Positions 37,401 to 49,779 of a stretch of 64,000 nucleotides of DNA are shown here, one piece after another (position 1 is the stretch's first letter; each line of letters begins with the position of its first letter). The translations under genes were made by a program, and so were the position numbers. The stretch covers positions 191,394,001 through 191,458,000 of the forward strand of contig NW_027362770.1 of assembly GCF_046119375.1 (NCBI RefSeq), read 5' to 3'. The DNA comes from Phyllobates terribilis (taxonomy: Eukaryota). The notes under the pieces are model-generated. The model searched no databases, was not told where the DNA came from, and saw only the letters and a program-made list of their open reading frames with translations.

Positions 37401-40021
37401 TGGCCGGACACAACAATATAGGGAAGCCCTTTTTTTCTTAATTATTTCATGAATTTCATGAAATAATTAAAAAAAAAGTACGTGGGGCTTCGCCCTATTT
37501 TTGTGTCCAGCCAGGTACAACTAGGCAGCTGGGGGCTGGAATCTGCAGCGCAGGGAGGCCCAAGCTTTCTGGGCCCCCCCCGCTACAAATTGCAGTCCGC
37601 AGCCACCCCGGAAAATGGCGCGTTCATAGAAGCGCCATCTTCTGGCGCTGTACCCAACTCATCCAGGGCCCTGGTGCGGTGGCTCACTGGGTAATAAAGG
37701 GGTTAGGGCCAGCTTGGTATTATCAGCTGGCCCCAAGCCCAAAATTCATGGGGTCACGCCAGTATTAGACATGACCGCCATGAATTTCTAGTAAAGTATT
37801 TAAAAAAAACACAACACCCAGAATAAAGTCCTTTAATTGAAATAAAGACACAATTCTTTATTGTTCTAAATTAAACCATACTTACCATCACACCCATTCC
37901 AGCTGAAGCCAACGATCTCCTGCAATAAAAGAAAAATAATAAACCAACCTCATCCTTACCTTTCCATGGTTCCCACGACAGCTTCAGCTCTGCTACATCG
38001 AGATGACTGGCTGGACCGCAGCAGAACGCTGCCATCCAGTCTGTCATCCCGCAGACACTGAGAAGCGCAGGCATGCTTGCGCTCCTCACTGTCTCGCTGT
38101 GACGGCATCCAGATGAGCCGAGGTCATGTCCAATGAACTCGGCTCACCTCATGCACGTCACTGACAGCGTGGGAAAATTCTCACGCTGAAGTGCTGAGTG
38201 CAGGAGAATTCTCCCACGCTGTCAGTGATGTGCATGAGGTGAGCTCATGTCCAATGAACTCAGCTCACCTCCTGCACGTCACTGACAGCGTGGGAAAATT
38301 CTCCTGCAATCAGCGCTTCAGCGTGAGAATTTTCCCACGCTGTCAGTGACGTGCATGAGGTGAGCCGAGTTCATTGGACATGAACTCGGCTCATCTGGAT
38401 GTCGTCACAGAGAGACGCTGAGCAGCGCAAGCAAGCCTGCGCTTCTCAGTGTCTGCGGGATGACAGGCTGGATGGCAGCGTTCTGCTGCGGTCCAGCCTG
38501 TCATCTCGATGTAGCAGAGCTGAAGCTGTCGTGGGAACCATGGAAAGGTAAGGATGAGGTTGCTTTATTATTTTTCTTTTATTGCAGGAGATCGTTGGCT
38601 TCAGCTGTAATGGGCGTGATGGTAAGTATGGTTTAATTTAGAACAATAAAGGATTGTGTCTTTATTTCAATTAAAGGACTTTATTCTGGGTGTTTGTGTT
38701 TTTTTTTTAACTTTGACTATGGGGTTAGTAATGGGGGTGTCTTATAGACGCCTCTCCATTACTAACCTGGGCTTGATGTCAGCTGGCATTATAAGCTGAC
38801 ATCAACCCCAACCCTATTACCCCCTGCCACCGCACCAGGGCAGCGTGGAAGAGCGAGGCTAAGTGCCAGAATTGGCGCATCCTATGAATGCGCCATTTCT
38901 GGGGCGGCTGACGGCTGGTGTTTCTAGCATGGGAGGGGGCCAATATTCATGGCTCCCTTCCTGGGCTATTAATATCAGCCCCCAGCTGTCTGCCTAGCCT
39001 TTGCTAGCTATTAAATTAGGGGGGACCCCACGTCATTTTTTTGGGGGGGTCCCCCATTTTAATAGCTAGTAAAGGCTATGTATTCAGCTGGGGGCTGATA
39101 TTAGTAGCCTGGGAAGCTCCGTGGGTATTACCCCCTTCCCAGGCTTCAAACATCTGCCCCAGCCGTCTGCTTAACCTCCGCTAGAGCCTAAAATTAAGGG
39201 GAACCCCACGCCAATTTTTTTAATAATAAATCCTTTATTTTAATACTAAATGACAAGTACAGTAACCAACACTATCACTGTACTTCATATATATGTGACT
39301 GACATGTTTCTATCTATCTAATCTATGTGTGATGCTCTATCTTTCTGTTCTAAATTGTCGGGTACAGATGCTGAATTGCCGGCCGGCTTTTTTAAAGAGA
39401 CAGTGCATGAAAACACTATTATTTTTTTAAATAAATCCTTTACACTAAATGACAAGTACAGTAAGCAACACTCTCACTGTACTTATTATATATGTGACTG
39501 ACATGTTTCTATCTATCTAATCTATGTGTGAAGCTCTATTCTTTCTGTTCTAAATTGTCGGGTACAGATGCTGAATTGCCGGCCGGCTTTTTTAAAGAGA
39601 CGGTGCATGAAAACACTAATATTTTTTTTAATAAATCCTTTACACTAAATGACAAGTGCAGTAACCAACACTGTCACTGTGCTTCTTATATGTGTGACTG
39701 ACATGTTTCTATCTGTCTAATCTATGTGTGATGCTCTATTCCTTCTTGTCTAAATTGTCGGGTACCGGTGTATGCTGCTGCTGAATTTGCCGGCCGGCTT
39801 TTTTAAAGAGAGTGTCTTCTGAGCAGTTTGTCAGCTTTTGGACACCTTTGCAGGTGTTTTCTATGTGTTTCTATGTGTTTTTGTTTGCCTGCCATTGGTT
39901 TTAACGGTGTTCGACGGTGTTCTAAGGTGTTCGACGAACAGTTCGACGAACAGTTCCTCGAACATCCCGGTGTTCGACGAACCGAACCGAACCCGAACAC
40001 TACGGGGGTGGCTCAACACTA
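34461..40021. mobile_element. 5.56-kb non-autonomous hAT-type element with an almost wholly palindromic body
   Basis: 8-bp TSD TTTTTAAG (34453-34460, 40022-40029), termini TAGAGATGAGC / GCTCAACACTA, and a mirror axis near 37287. Confidence 0.9.
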
Positions 40022-40599
40022 TTTTTAAGCCCTGAAATCAGAGCGATATGTCACACAAAAGAGTTAATAAATAACATTTCCCACATGTCTACTTTACATC
40101 AGCACAATTTTGGAACCCAAATTTTTTTTTGTTAGGGAGCTATAAGGGTTAAAAGTTGACCAGCGATTTCTCATTTTTCCAACAAAATTTATAAAACCAT
40201 TTTTTTAGGGACCACATCACATTTGAAGTCACTTTGAGAGGTCTTTATGACAGAAAATACCCAAAAGTGACACCATTCTAAAAACTGCACCCCTCAAGGT
40301 GCTCAAAACCACATTCAAGAACTTTATTAACCCTTCAGGTGCTTCACAGGAATTTTTTGAATGTGGAAGAAAAAAATGAACATTTAACTTTTTTCACAAA
40401 AATGTTACTTTAGACCCAATTTTTTTTATTTTCACAGGGGTAACAAGAAAAAATGGACCCCAAAATTTGTTGTGCAATTTCCCCTGGGCACGCAGATACC
40501 CAATATTTGGGGAAGAAACACTGTTTGGGCGCACGGCAGGGCTCGGAAGGGAAGGAGCGCCATTTGACTTTTTGATTGTAAAATTTGCTTGAATAATTA

Positions 40600-42570
40600 G
40601 CGGACACCATGTTCTGTTTGGAGAGCCCCTGTGTGCCCAAACATTGGACCTCCCCCACAAGTGACCCCATTTTTGAAACTAGACCCCCCAAGGCACCTTT
40701 CTAGATGCATAGTGAGCACTTGGAACCCCCAGGTGCTTCACAAATTGATTCGTAAAAATGAAAAAGTGAAAAAAAAAAACACTTTTTCATTTTTACGAAT
40801 CAATTTGTGAAGCACCTAGGGGTTCCAAGTGCTCACTATGCATCTAGATAGGTGCCTTGGGGGGTCTAGTTTCCAAAATGGGGTCACTTGTGGGGGAGCT
40901 CCAATGTTTGGGCACACAGGGACTCTCCAAATGCAACATGATATCCGCTAACAATTTGAGCCGACAATTTGTTAGCGGATATGATGTTGCATTTGGAGAG
41001 TCCCTGTGTGCCCAAACATTGGAGCTCCCCCACAAGTGACCCCATTTTGGAAACTAGACCCCCCAAGGCACCTTTCTAGATGCATAGTGAGCACTTGGAA
41101 CCCCAGGTGCTTCACAAATTGATTCATAAAAATGAAAAAGTGTTATTTTTTTTCACTTTTTCATTTTTACGAATCAATTTGTGAAGCACCTAGGGGTTCC
41201 AAGTGCTCACTATGCATCTAGATAGGTGCCTTGGGGGGTCTAGTTTCCAAAATGGGGTCACTTGTGGGGGAGCTCCAATGTTTGGGCACAGAGGGACTCT
41301 CTAAATGCAACATGGTATCCGCTAACAAATTGAATGGAAAATCGGCTCAAATTGTTAGCGGACACCACATTGCGTTTGGAGAGCCCCTCTGTGCCCAAAC
41401 TTTGGAGCTCCCCCACAAGTGACCCCATTTTGGAAACTAGACCCCCCAAGGCACCTTTCTAGATGCATAGTGAGCACTTGGAACCCCCAGGTGCTTCACA
41501 AATTGATTCGTAAAAAATGAAAAAGTGAAAAAAAACCCACTTTTTCATTTTTACGAATCAATTTGTGAAGCACCTAGGGGTTCCAAGTGCTCACTATGCA
41601 TCTAGATAGGTGCCTTGGGGGGTCTAGTTTCCAAAATGGGGTCACTTGTGGGGGAGCTCCAATGTTTGGGCACACAGGGACTCTCCAAATGCAACATGAT
41701 ATCTGCTAACAATTTGAGCCGACAATTTGTTAGCGGATATCATGTTGCATTTGGAGAGTCCCTGTGTGCCCAAACATTGGAGCTCCCCCACAAGTGACCC
41801 CAATTTGGAAACTAGACCCCCCAAGGCACCTATCTAGATGCATAGTGAGCACTTGGAACCCCTAGGTGCTTCACAAATTGATTCGTAAAAATGAAAAAGT
41901 GTTTTTTTTTTCACTTTTTCATTTTTACGAATCAATTTGTGAAGCACCTAGGGGTTCCAAGTGCTCACTATGCATCTAGATAGGTGCCTTGGGGGGTCTA
42001 GTTTCCAAAATGGGGTCACTTGTGGGGGAGCTCCAAAGTTTGGGCACAGAGGGGCTCTCCAAACGCAATGTGGTGTCCGCTAACAATTTGAGCCGATTTT
42101 CCATTCAATTTGTTAGCGGATACCATGTTGCATTTAGAGAGTCCCTGTGTGCCCAAACATTGGAGCTCCCCCACAAGTGACCCCATTTTGGAAACTAGAC
42201 CCCCCAAGGCACCTTTCTAGATGCATAGTGAGCACTTGGAACCCCAGGTGCTTCACAAATTGATTCATAAAAATGAAAAAGTGTTTTTTTTTTCACTTTT
42301 TCATTTTTACGAATCAATTTGTGAAGCACCTGGGGGTTCCAAGTGCTTACTATGCATCTAGATAGGTGCCTTGGGGGGTCTAGTTTCCAAAATGGGGTCA
42401 CTTGTGGGGGAGCTCCAATGTTTGGGCACACAGGGGCTCTCCAAACGCAACATGGCGTCCGCTAACAATTTGAGCAGATTTTCCATTCAATTTGTTAGCG
42501 GACACCATGTCGCGTTTGGAGAGCCCGTGATGTGCCTAAACAGTGGAGCTCCCCCACAAGTGTCCCCATT
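40600..42570. repeat. Alternating-orientation array of about 190-bp arms (10 consecutive palindrome axes)
   Basis: Axes near 40775, 40960, 41148, 41340, 41533, 41718, 41906, 42097, 42288 and 42478. The ORF track repeats the same peptide on both strands. Confidence 0.92.
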
Positions 42571-42683
42571 TTGGAAACTATACCCCTCAAGGATTTTATT
42601 AAGGTGTATAGTGAACATTTTGAACCCAGAGGTACGGCACAGAATTTGTTTACATTAGGTCATCATATTGAATAAGTTGTCAT

Positions 42684-42983
42684 TATTCTTGAGCGCAAGT
42701 GCTCGCTACTTGAGTTTGCATCGGGTACTCAGGTATGCACCATGTACAGCGTGTGCTCGAGTGACATGCTCGAGTCCCTGCTCCGCATGTTTCACGGTTA
42801 TTAGGCACCCAAAAAAAAACATGCGGGGATCGCTCATGCATGGCAGGCAATCCCCGTAAAGTTTTTTGGCCGCGAAGCATATGGGGCAGAGACTCGAGCA
42901 TGTCACTCAAATACCCACGATACTCAATGCATACCAGAGCACCCGATGCAAACTCAAGTAGCGAGCACTTGCTCTCAACACTA
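42684..42983. mobile_element. About 300-bp hAT-type MITE
   Basis: Long TIRs GAGCGCAAGTGCTCGCTACTTGAGTTTGCATCGGG and inverse. The right terminus is CTCAACACTA and the left terminus is eroded. Confidence 0.7.
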
Positions 42984-43029
42984 GTCACCATATCGTCATC
43001 TTTTTTTCTTACTTTTGAAAAAAATCCCA

Positions 43030-43135
43030 ACCCCAGCCCTAGCACAACCCTAGCCCTAGCACAACCCTAGCCCCAGCACAACCCTAGCCCCAGCACAACC
43101 CTAGCCCCAGCACAACCCTAGCCCCATCCTAACCC
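43030..43135. repeat. 17-bp tandem repeat (ACCCTAGCCCCAGCACA)
   Basis: Direct reading. Confidence 0.9.
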
Positions 43136-44929
43136 AAGAGTTTATTTTTCCTTGTGCAGTATAAGTGATTAGACGACTTTATTCTTCGGGTCGGTGTGAT
43201 TACAGCAATGCCAGAATCATATGGGGTTTTTATGACTGACAGCTGTCACACACTAAAAGACGCATTTTTTGTAAAATCTAGTTTTTGCATCGCCATATTT
43301 TGAGAGCTATAATTTTTCCAGATTTTGGCAGACAGTCATGTGACGGCTCGTTTTTTGCGGGATGACTTGACGTTGTTATTGGTGCCATTTTCAGACACGT
43401 GACGTTTTTTGATCGCTTTCTATTCGATTTTTGGGAGGCAGAATAAACAAAAACCAACAATTCAGGAATTGTTTTTTTTTTTTTATTCTGTTCCGCATGT
43501 GGTAAAATTGATGAGGTAGCTTTATTCTTCGGGTCAGTACGTTTACAGCGGTACCACATTTGTATAATTTTTCTATGTTTTGGCGCTTATACACAATAAA
43601 AGCTATTTTATAGAAAAAAATATTTTTTAGCATCGCTTTATTCTGAGAGCTGAAACTTTTTTATTTTTCGGCTGATGGAGCTGTATGGCGGCTTGTTTTT
43701 TGTGGGACGAGATGACGTTTTCAGCGGTATCATTTTTATTTATATGCGTCTTTTTGATCGCGTGTTATTCCACTTTTTGTTTGGCGGTATGGTGATAAAG
43801 CATTGTTTTTTGCTGGGATTTTTTTTTTTTTTTTTTTTACCGTGTTCACTGATGGGGTTAACTAGTGGGACAGTTTTATAGGTCAAGCTGTTCCGGACGC
43901 GGCGATACCAAATATGTGTACTTTTATTGTTTTTTTTTTATAATAATATTTATTGATGGGTACATTATATTTTTATTTTTGGTGTATTATTTTTTTTGAT
44001 TTTTTTATAATATTTTTACACATTTTTTTTTTTTTTCCACTTTCAGACAGTTTGTACACCTTATTACTTTGTCCCACTCTGGGACTTTCACTTTTTTTTT
44101 TCTGATCGCCTGCATGGCATAGGAATGGAGCACCATCCCTATGCCATGCAGGCTGTCAGAAGTGCACAGTGTTAAGATTGCTTGGAGATGCACTGCGCAT
44201 GTCCAAGCAATCTTCCTGCTCTCTGGTGACCCGGATGTTGTCATGACGACATCGGGTCGTCATGGCAACACCCGGGAAGCCGCTGCAGTCTGCGCTGGAA
44301 GCCGGAAGAGGAGGTGAGTATCGCCGATCACCTCCCCTTGCCCCCGCAATGCCGCGATCGATTTCGATCGACTTCGATCGCAGCATAGCGGGGGTTAATG
44401 TGCTGGGAGCGGTGCAGGACCGCTCCCTGCACATAGTACCGGGTGTCAGCTGTGACAATCAGCTGACACCCGGCGGCGATCGCGCCCGCACAGCCTGTGT
44501 GCGCGCGCGATCGCCATGACGTACTAATACGGGTCTGGCTCTTAAGTCCCAGGGCACAGACGCGTATTAGTACGTCAAATGTTATTAAGGGGTTAATATG
44601 CGAGCGGGTTTGTACGTTCTCACCAGGGGCGTACATAGAAGTCATGGGGCCCCATAGCAGAAGCTCTAATTGGTCCCCCCCCCCCCTACAAAAAATAAAT
44701 ATTTGTCTGTGTCACAGAAGAGCAGATCTCATAACTTTCCAGCCTTTACGTAGTAATTTTCCTCCTTCTGAAGTCGTAGATTCCTCCTTCATTGCCCCCA
44801 TAAAGTATGATGCCAACAAAAGTGCCCCCCAAACAGTATGATACCCCTATGGTGCATTCCTCCACATGCACAGTATAATGACCCTATTGTACCCCACTTC
44901 AACTCCCACGGCAAAGTATGGTGACCCTA

Positions 44930-45330
44930 ACACAGTATAATCCCCCAACTGTGAACCCCACAGAGCCTTCCATACACTCTCATGGCCCCCACACAGCCCT
45001 CCAAACAGTATAATGGCCCTCACACAGCCCTCCAAACAGTATAATGGCCCACACAAACCTTCACACTGTATAATTGCTTTCATACAGTATAATGGCCCCC
45101 AACATAGCCCTCAAAGTATTATAATGGCCCCACATAGCCTTCCATATAGTATAATGCACCACCAATAATCTTCCATATAGTATAATGCGCCCCCATAATC
45201 CTCCATATAATATGATGAACTTCCCATGGTCCTCCATAGAATATAATGCACTCCCCATAGTCCTCCATACAGTATATTACACACCTCATAGGGTAAAATG
45301 CAGCCCCCATATAGTATAATGCACGCCACA
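44930..45330. repeat. Degenerate about 30-bp repeat (CAGTATAATGGCCCC...)
   Basis: Recurrent GTATAAT core. Confidence 0.7.
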
Positions 45331-45504
45331 GTCCTGCAGTATTATGGGCACCACGTACTCACTGATTTTAAAATACAGTATATATTAAATAAGCCGACCC
45401 GAATATAAGCCGAGGCCCCTAATTTTACAAAATAAAAATGGGAAAACCTATTGACTTGAGTATAAGCCTATGGTGGGAAATGCAGCAGCTACTGGTAAAT
45501 TTCC

Positions 45505-47090
45505 CCATCCTCGTATGTGTGGCCCCCTCAATCCCACAATCCCTGGTATGTGTGGCCCCCACAATCCCTGGTATGTGTAACCTCTTCAATCCCCCAATCC
45601 CTGGTATGTGTGGCCCCCTCAATCCCACAATCCCCCAATCCCTGGCATGTGTGGCCTCCTCAATCCCACAATCCCCCAATCCCTGGCATGTGTGGCCTCC
45701 TCAATCCCACAATCCCCCAATCCCTGGCATGTGTGGCCTCCTCAATCCCCCAATCCCTGGCATGTGTGGCCTCCTCAATCCCCCAATCCCTGGCATGTGT
45801 GGCCTCCTCAATCCCACAATCCCCCAATCCCTGGCATGTGTGGCCTCCTCAATCCCACAATCCCCCAATCCCTGGCATGTGTGGCCTCCTCACTCCCACA
45901 ATCCCCCAATCCCTGGCATGTGTGGCCTCCTCACTCCCACAATCCCCCAATCCCTGGCATGTGTGGCCTCCTCAATCCCACAATCCCCCAATCCCTGGCA
46001 TGTGTGGCCTCCTCAATCCCACAATCCCCCAATCCCTGCCATGTGTGGCCTCCTCAATCCCACAATCCCCCAATCCCTGGCATGTGTGGCCTCCTCAATC
46101 CCACAGTCCCCCAATCCCTGGCATGTGTGGCCTCCTCAATCCCCGGCATGTGTGGCCTCCTCAATCCCCCAATCCCCGGCACGTGTGGCCTCCTCAATCC
46201 CCCAATCCTCCCCGGCATGTGTGGCCTCCTCAATCCCCAGCACGTGTGGCCTCCTCAATCCCCCAATCCCCGGCACGTGTGGCCTCCTCAATCCCCCAAT
46301 CCTGGTACGTGTGGCCTCCTCAATCCCCCAATCCTGGTACGTGTGGCCTCCTCAATCCCCCAATCCTGGTACGTGTGGCCTCCTCAATCCCCCAATCCTG
46401 GTACGTGTGGCCTCCTCAATCCCCCAATCCTTGTACGTGTGGCCTCCACAATCCCCCATTCCTGGTACGTGTGGCCTCCACAATCCCCCATTCCTGGTAC
46501 GTGTGGCCTCCACAATCCCCCATTCCTGGTACGTGTGGCCTCCTCAATCCCCCATTCCTGGTACGTGTGGCCTCCTCAATCCCCCATTCCTGGTACGTGT
46601 GGCCTCCACAATCCCCCATTCCTGGTACGTGTGGCCTCCTCAATCCCCCATTCCTGGTACGTGTGGCCTCCTCAATCCCCCATTCCTGGTACGTGTGGCC
46701 TCCTCAATCCCCCATTCCTGGTACGTGTGGCCTCCTCAATCCCCCATTCCTGGTACGTGTGGCCTCCTCAATCCCCCATTCCTGGTACGTGTGGCCTCCT
46801 CAATCCCCCATTCCTGGTACGTGTGGCCTCCACAATCCCCCATTCCTGGTAAGTGTGGCCTCCTCAATCCCCCATTCCTGGTAAGTGTGGCCTCCTCAAT
46901 CCCCCATTCCTGGTACGTGTGGCCTCCTCAATCCCCCATTCCTGGTACGTGTGGCCTCCTCAATCCCCCATTCCTGGTACGTGTGGCCTCCTCAATCCCC
47001 CATTCCTGGTACGTGTGGCCTCCTCAATCCCCCATTCCTGGTACGTGTGGCCTCCTCAATCCCCCATTCCTGGTACGTGTGGCTTCCTCA
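45505..47090. repeat. Minisatellite with 41-bp and 32-bp unit classes
   Basis: Units CCTGGCATGTGTGGCCTCCTCAATCCCACAATCCCCCAATC (41) and CCTGGTACGTGTGGCCTCCTCAATCCCCCATT (32). Confidence 0.95.
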
Positions 47091-48545
47091 CCCCCCCCAA
47101 TCACTGCACACATAAAACAATAAACACTTATACTCACCTTCCTTCCTCACCCCTGCTCCAGCGCTGAGTCCTGTCTGCATCTGAGCAGCGGGCGCTCTCA
47201 GACACAGAGGTGAGCTGCTGCCGGCACATTCACTCCTCTGCACTGACAGCAGGAGATGCGGCTCAGCTCTCCTCCGTGCCCGCTACTAAAGAGAATGAAT
47301 ATTCCGTCTTCTCCACGCCCATGGGAGTGGAGAAGAGGGAATATTCATGTCCCTTTAGCAGCGGGGACACGTGATAGCTGCAGCAGAGGCTACAGCGTGT
47401 GCCCCGCTCCTGCACTGCCGCAACCCGCTCCTCTGCCGCCGCAACCTCTTACCTATCCTCCTCGTTCCCACGCTGCTTGGGGCCCTCACCGCCCCCTCCG
47501 GCCACGGGCCCCATAGCAGTGGCGTGGTCTGCCGCCATTGGCGGTACGCCACTGGTTCTCACTATTTCCCCAGATTCAGCTTTTCTGTCTCCTGATCTCT
47601 CTGTGACACTGAGCGCTACTGACACCTACTGGCAGAACTAAGAAAATGCTTCCATCTACTGTGCAGTACTGGGTGTTACCAGCAGAGGCAATCTGTATTA
47701 AATATAAAAAGTAATATTATCATTTATGCTTGCAGCACCAGTAATTTCATGGTGCGGTACATGAGAAGGGGTTACATACAGGATGCAAGTATTAAACACG
47801 GTCAACAAACTAACAATGACAGACTGGTACAGAAAGGAGAGGACCCTGCCCTTGGGGGGTTACAGTATACAGGATAATGAGGAGGAGACAGTCGGGTAGG
47901 GGGTTGCGGCAGCTCCGGTGGTGGTGAGGTGGCAGCGGGGTCATTGCAGGCTGTAGCCGTCCTGACGAGGTGGGATTTCAAGTTCCGTCTGAAGGGTCTA
48001 AGTGTGGCAGATAGTGATGTGTGGGGGCACAGAATTCCAGAGGATGGGGGACACTCGGGAGAAGTCTTGGAGGCGATTGTGTGAGGAACGTATGAGTGTG
48101 GAGGCTGGGCCCTTAGATAAAGCCGAAAACAGGTCTCAGGTTTTAGGGATAGCCAGCCTAAACTGAGTTAGGTCAAGAATATAGATATGGAATGAACATC
48201 ATCCTCGACAGCCCTTTGGCAGACACACACTGACATAACTTGTATTTACCTGTATAATCTGAATAACGACAGACGCAATGAATAAATACCGCCATGCACA
48301 CTGTAAATCAATGAGTGCAGCGTCTCCTGTGAAACATTCATGTGGTCTGCCGCATACTGACATTGCGCTTCAATGACAGCCTGTATAATCCCCTCTGGTG
48401 ATATCTGACTGTGTGCAGCGTTATCCACGGTAGGAGCTGTGCTAATACACCGCTGCACACGCTCCTATCCACAAGGACAGCGGCTCCACTAACACGTGAG
48501 ACGCCGCTTGCATTTAGTTCTTCGTTCAGTGATAACTTCAGCGCA

Positions 48546-49198
48546 TAAGGTAAAGAATATTTATACCGTGTTAGCCAGTAGATAGAACAATATTGGAATC
48601 TGAGAGTCCTCAGTGGTTGATACCTTTTAATGGCTAACTGAAAAGATGGTAAACATAGCAAGCCTTCGAGACAACTCAGGTCTCTTCTTCAGGCTTATAA
48701 TGACACCAAATCTGAAAACACATACATATGTACATAGGCAAAAGAAAGAAAAAAAAAAAAAGGAAAAAAAATCAGTGCTATGTGCTGTCATAAATACGAC
48801 AGGTGACGTAAAGCAGAGTCAGGCTAGGGAGGGGGAGAGGAGCTGGGAAAGTTAAAGCAAGATTCTAAGATAGGCGGAACAAATTGTATTATTGGTATAT
48901 GGTTAGCAACCTGTGGAGATCTGAAAATACTTAAGTGAGCTGTGGAAAGCGATAAATCAAAGCAAGAGAGTTCGCATACATGTCAAAAGTTCATTGTCCT
49001 CAAAATGGAGTCTCTTGGAGATGTGATATCCCCAATTGTCCTTTAAATTTGTATAACAACACATGAATATATGATATCCCCAAATGCCCATTTGTTTTGT
49101 ATAAAAGCTCATGAATCCATGTGATACATTTAATCCTGTTTTGAATGTGTCAAAGGTTGTTATCAGTTTGTATTCCCAAATTCTTCTCTCTCTCTGAG
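48546..49198 (-). mobile_element. 5'-truncated Penelope-like insertion (endonuclease C-terminus plus pseudo-LTR)
   Basis: 11-bp TSD ACTTCAGCGCA (48535-48545, 49199-49209), absent from the left arm (empty site near 415-430). Encodes RERRIWEYKLITTFDTFKTGLN and carries a hammerhead motif. Confidence 0.88.
48655..48698 (-). ncRNA. Minimal type I hammerhead ribozyme motif (GAAA changed to GAAG)
   Basis: Reads ATAAGC-CTGAAGA-A-GAGAC-CTGAGTT-GTCTC-GAAG-GC-TT-GCTAT. Confidence 0.75.
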
Positions 49199-49779
49199 AC
49201 TTCAGCGCAGTCATTTCTAACTGAGCAGGCAGCTCAGTAGAATAATATTGGGAATCCCTATAGCGACCTCTAGTGGTTGGAAGGGGAATTAGATCTTTAA
49301 GTTAACATAACTTATCTGATCCTGCCATATGATCCTTATGCGTAAACGGATTCCTACTTTGTGCTCAGATCATTAGTTAGTGGTAGTTTAAATTTATTAG
49401 GATTATTAAGCCATAATGGTGTGATCTTGTTAATTACTGAAACATAATGAAAAACAATTACAATAATGTCAGTTTTAATTTGCTTTATTAAAAAGTAATA
49501 AACATCACAAATCAGCAAATAACAGACATATTTGGTGTCTCTGTAATTCTAACGACCAACAACACAACACAGCGATCAGATTATTTACGGGGATTGGTAA
49601 ATGGTTTAAAAAACTGGTGTGATTGATATTTTTTCTATATTAATCCAATAAAAAATATAATAAAATGAAACGCTGAGGCAGTGTTCAAGTGCAGGGCTGC
49701 CATCAGCGCATTACTGTCCTTACTGGTGCATGAGGCCCAGTGAGCAGAAGCAAAGAGGAGGGGCTCGGTACACAGAGCT

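Larger units (their letters stand above)
32718..44592. mobile_element. Composite non-autonomous piggyBac-type element(s), TTAA TSD
   Basis: TTAA|CCCCTTA...TAAGGGG|TTAA, with subterminal GCGTATTAGTACG at both ends and an internal GGGGTTAACCCC end-to-end junction near 34200. The empty site matches the left arm near 1600. Confidence 0.8.
44624..47554. mobile_element. Non-autonomous hAT-type element carrying minisatellites
   Basis: 8-bp TSD GTTCTCAC (44616-44623, 47555-47562) and TIR CAG(G/T)GGCGTAC. Confidence 0.92.
29422..49635. repeat. Right arm of the inverted duplication, including about 15 kb of later insertions
   Basis: Removing the TTAA-, GTTCTCAC- and ACTTCAGCGCA-flanked insertions restores colinearity with the reverse complement of 1-4733. 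Confidence 0.92.

Noticed and set aside
40600-42570. CRISPR-like array (also 63234-64000)
   Set aside because: No unique spacers, no cas genes, and the context is eukaryotic.
43030-43135. Interstitial telomeric repeat
   Set aside because: The unit is 17 bp with CCCTAG rather than (CCCTAA)n.
45438-47167. Long ORFs (561, 455 and 414 aa)
   Set aside because: They are open in all three frames because the 32/41-bp minisatellite lacks stop codons, and they are periodic low-complexity translations inside a TSD-flanked element.
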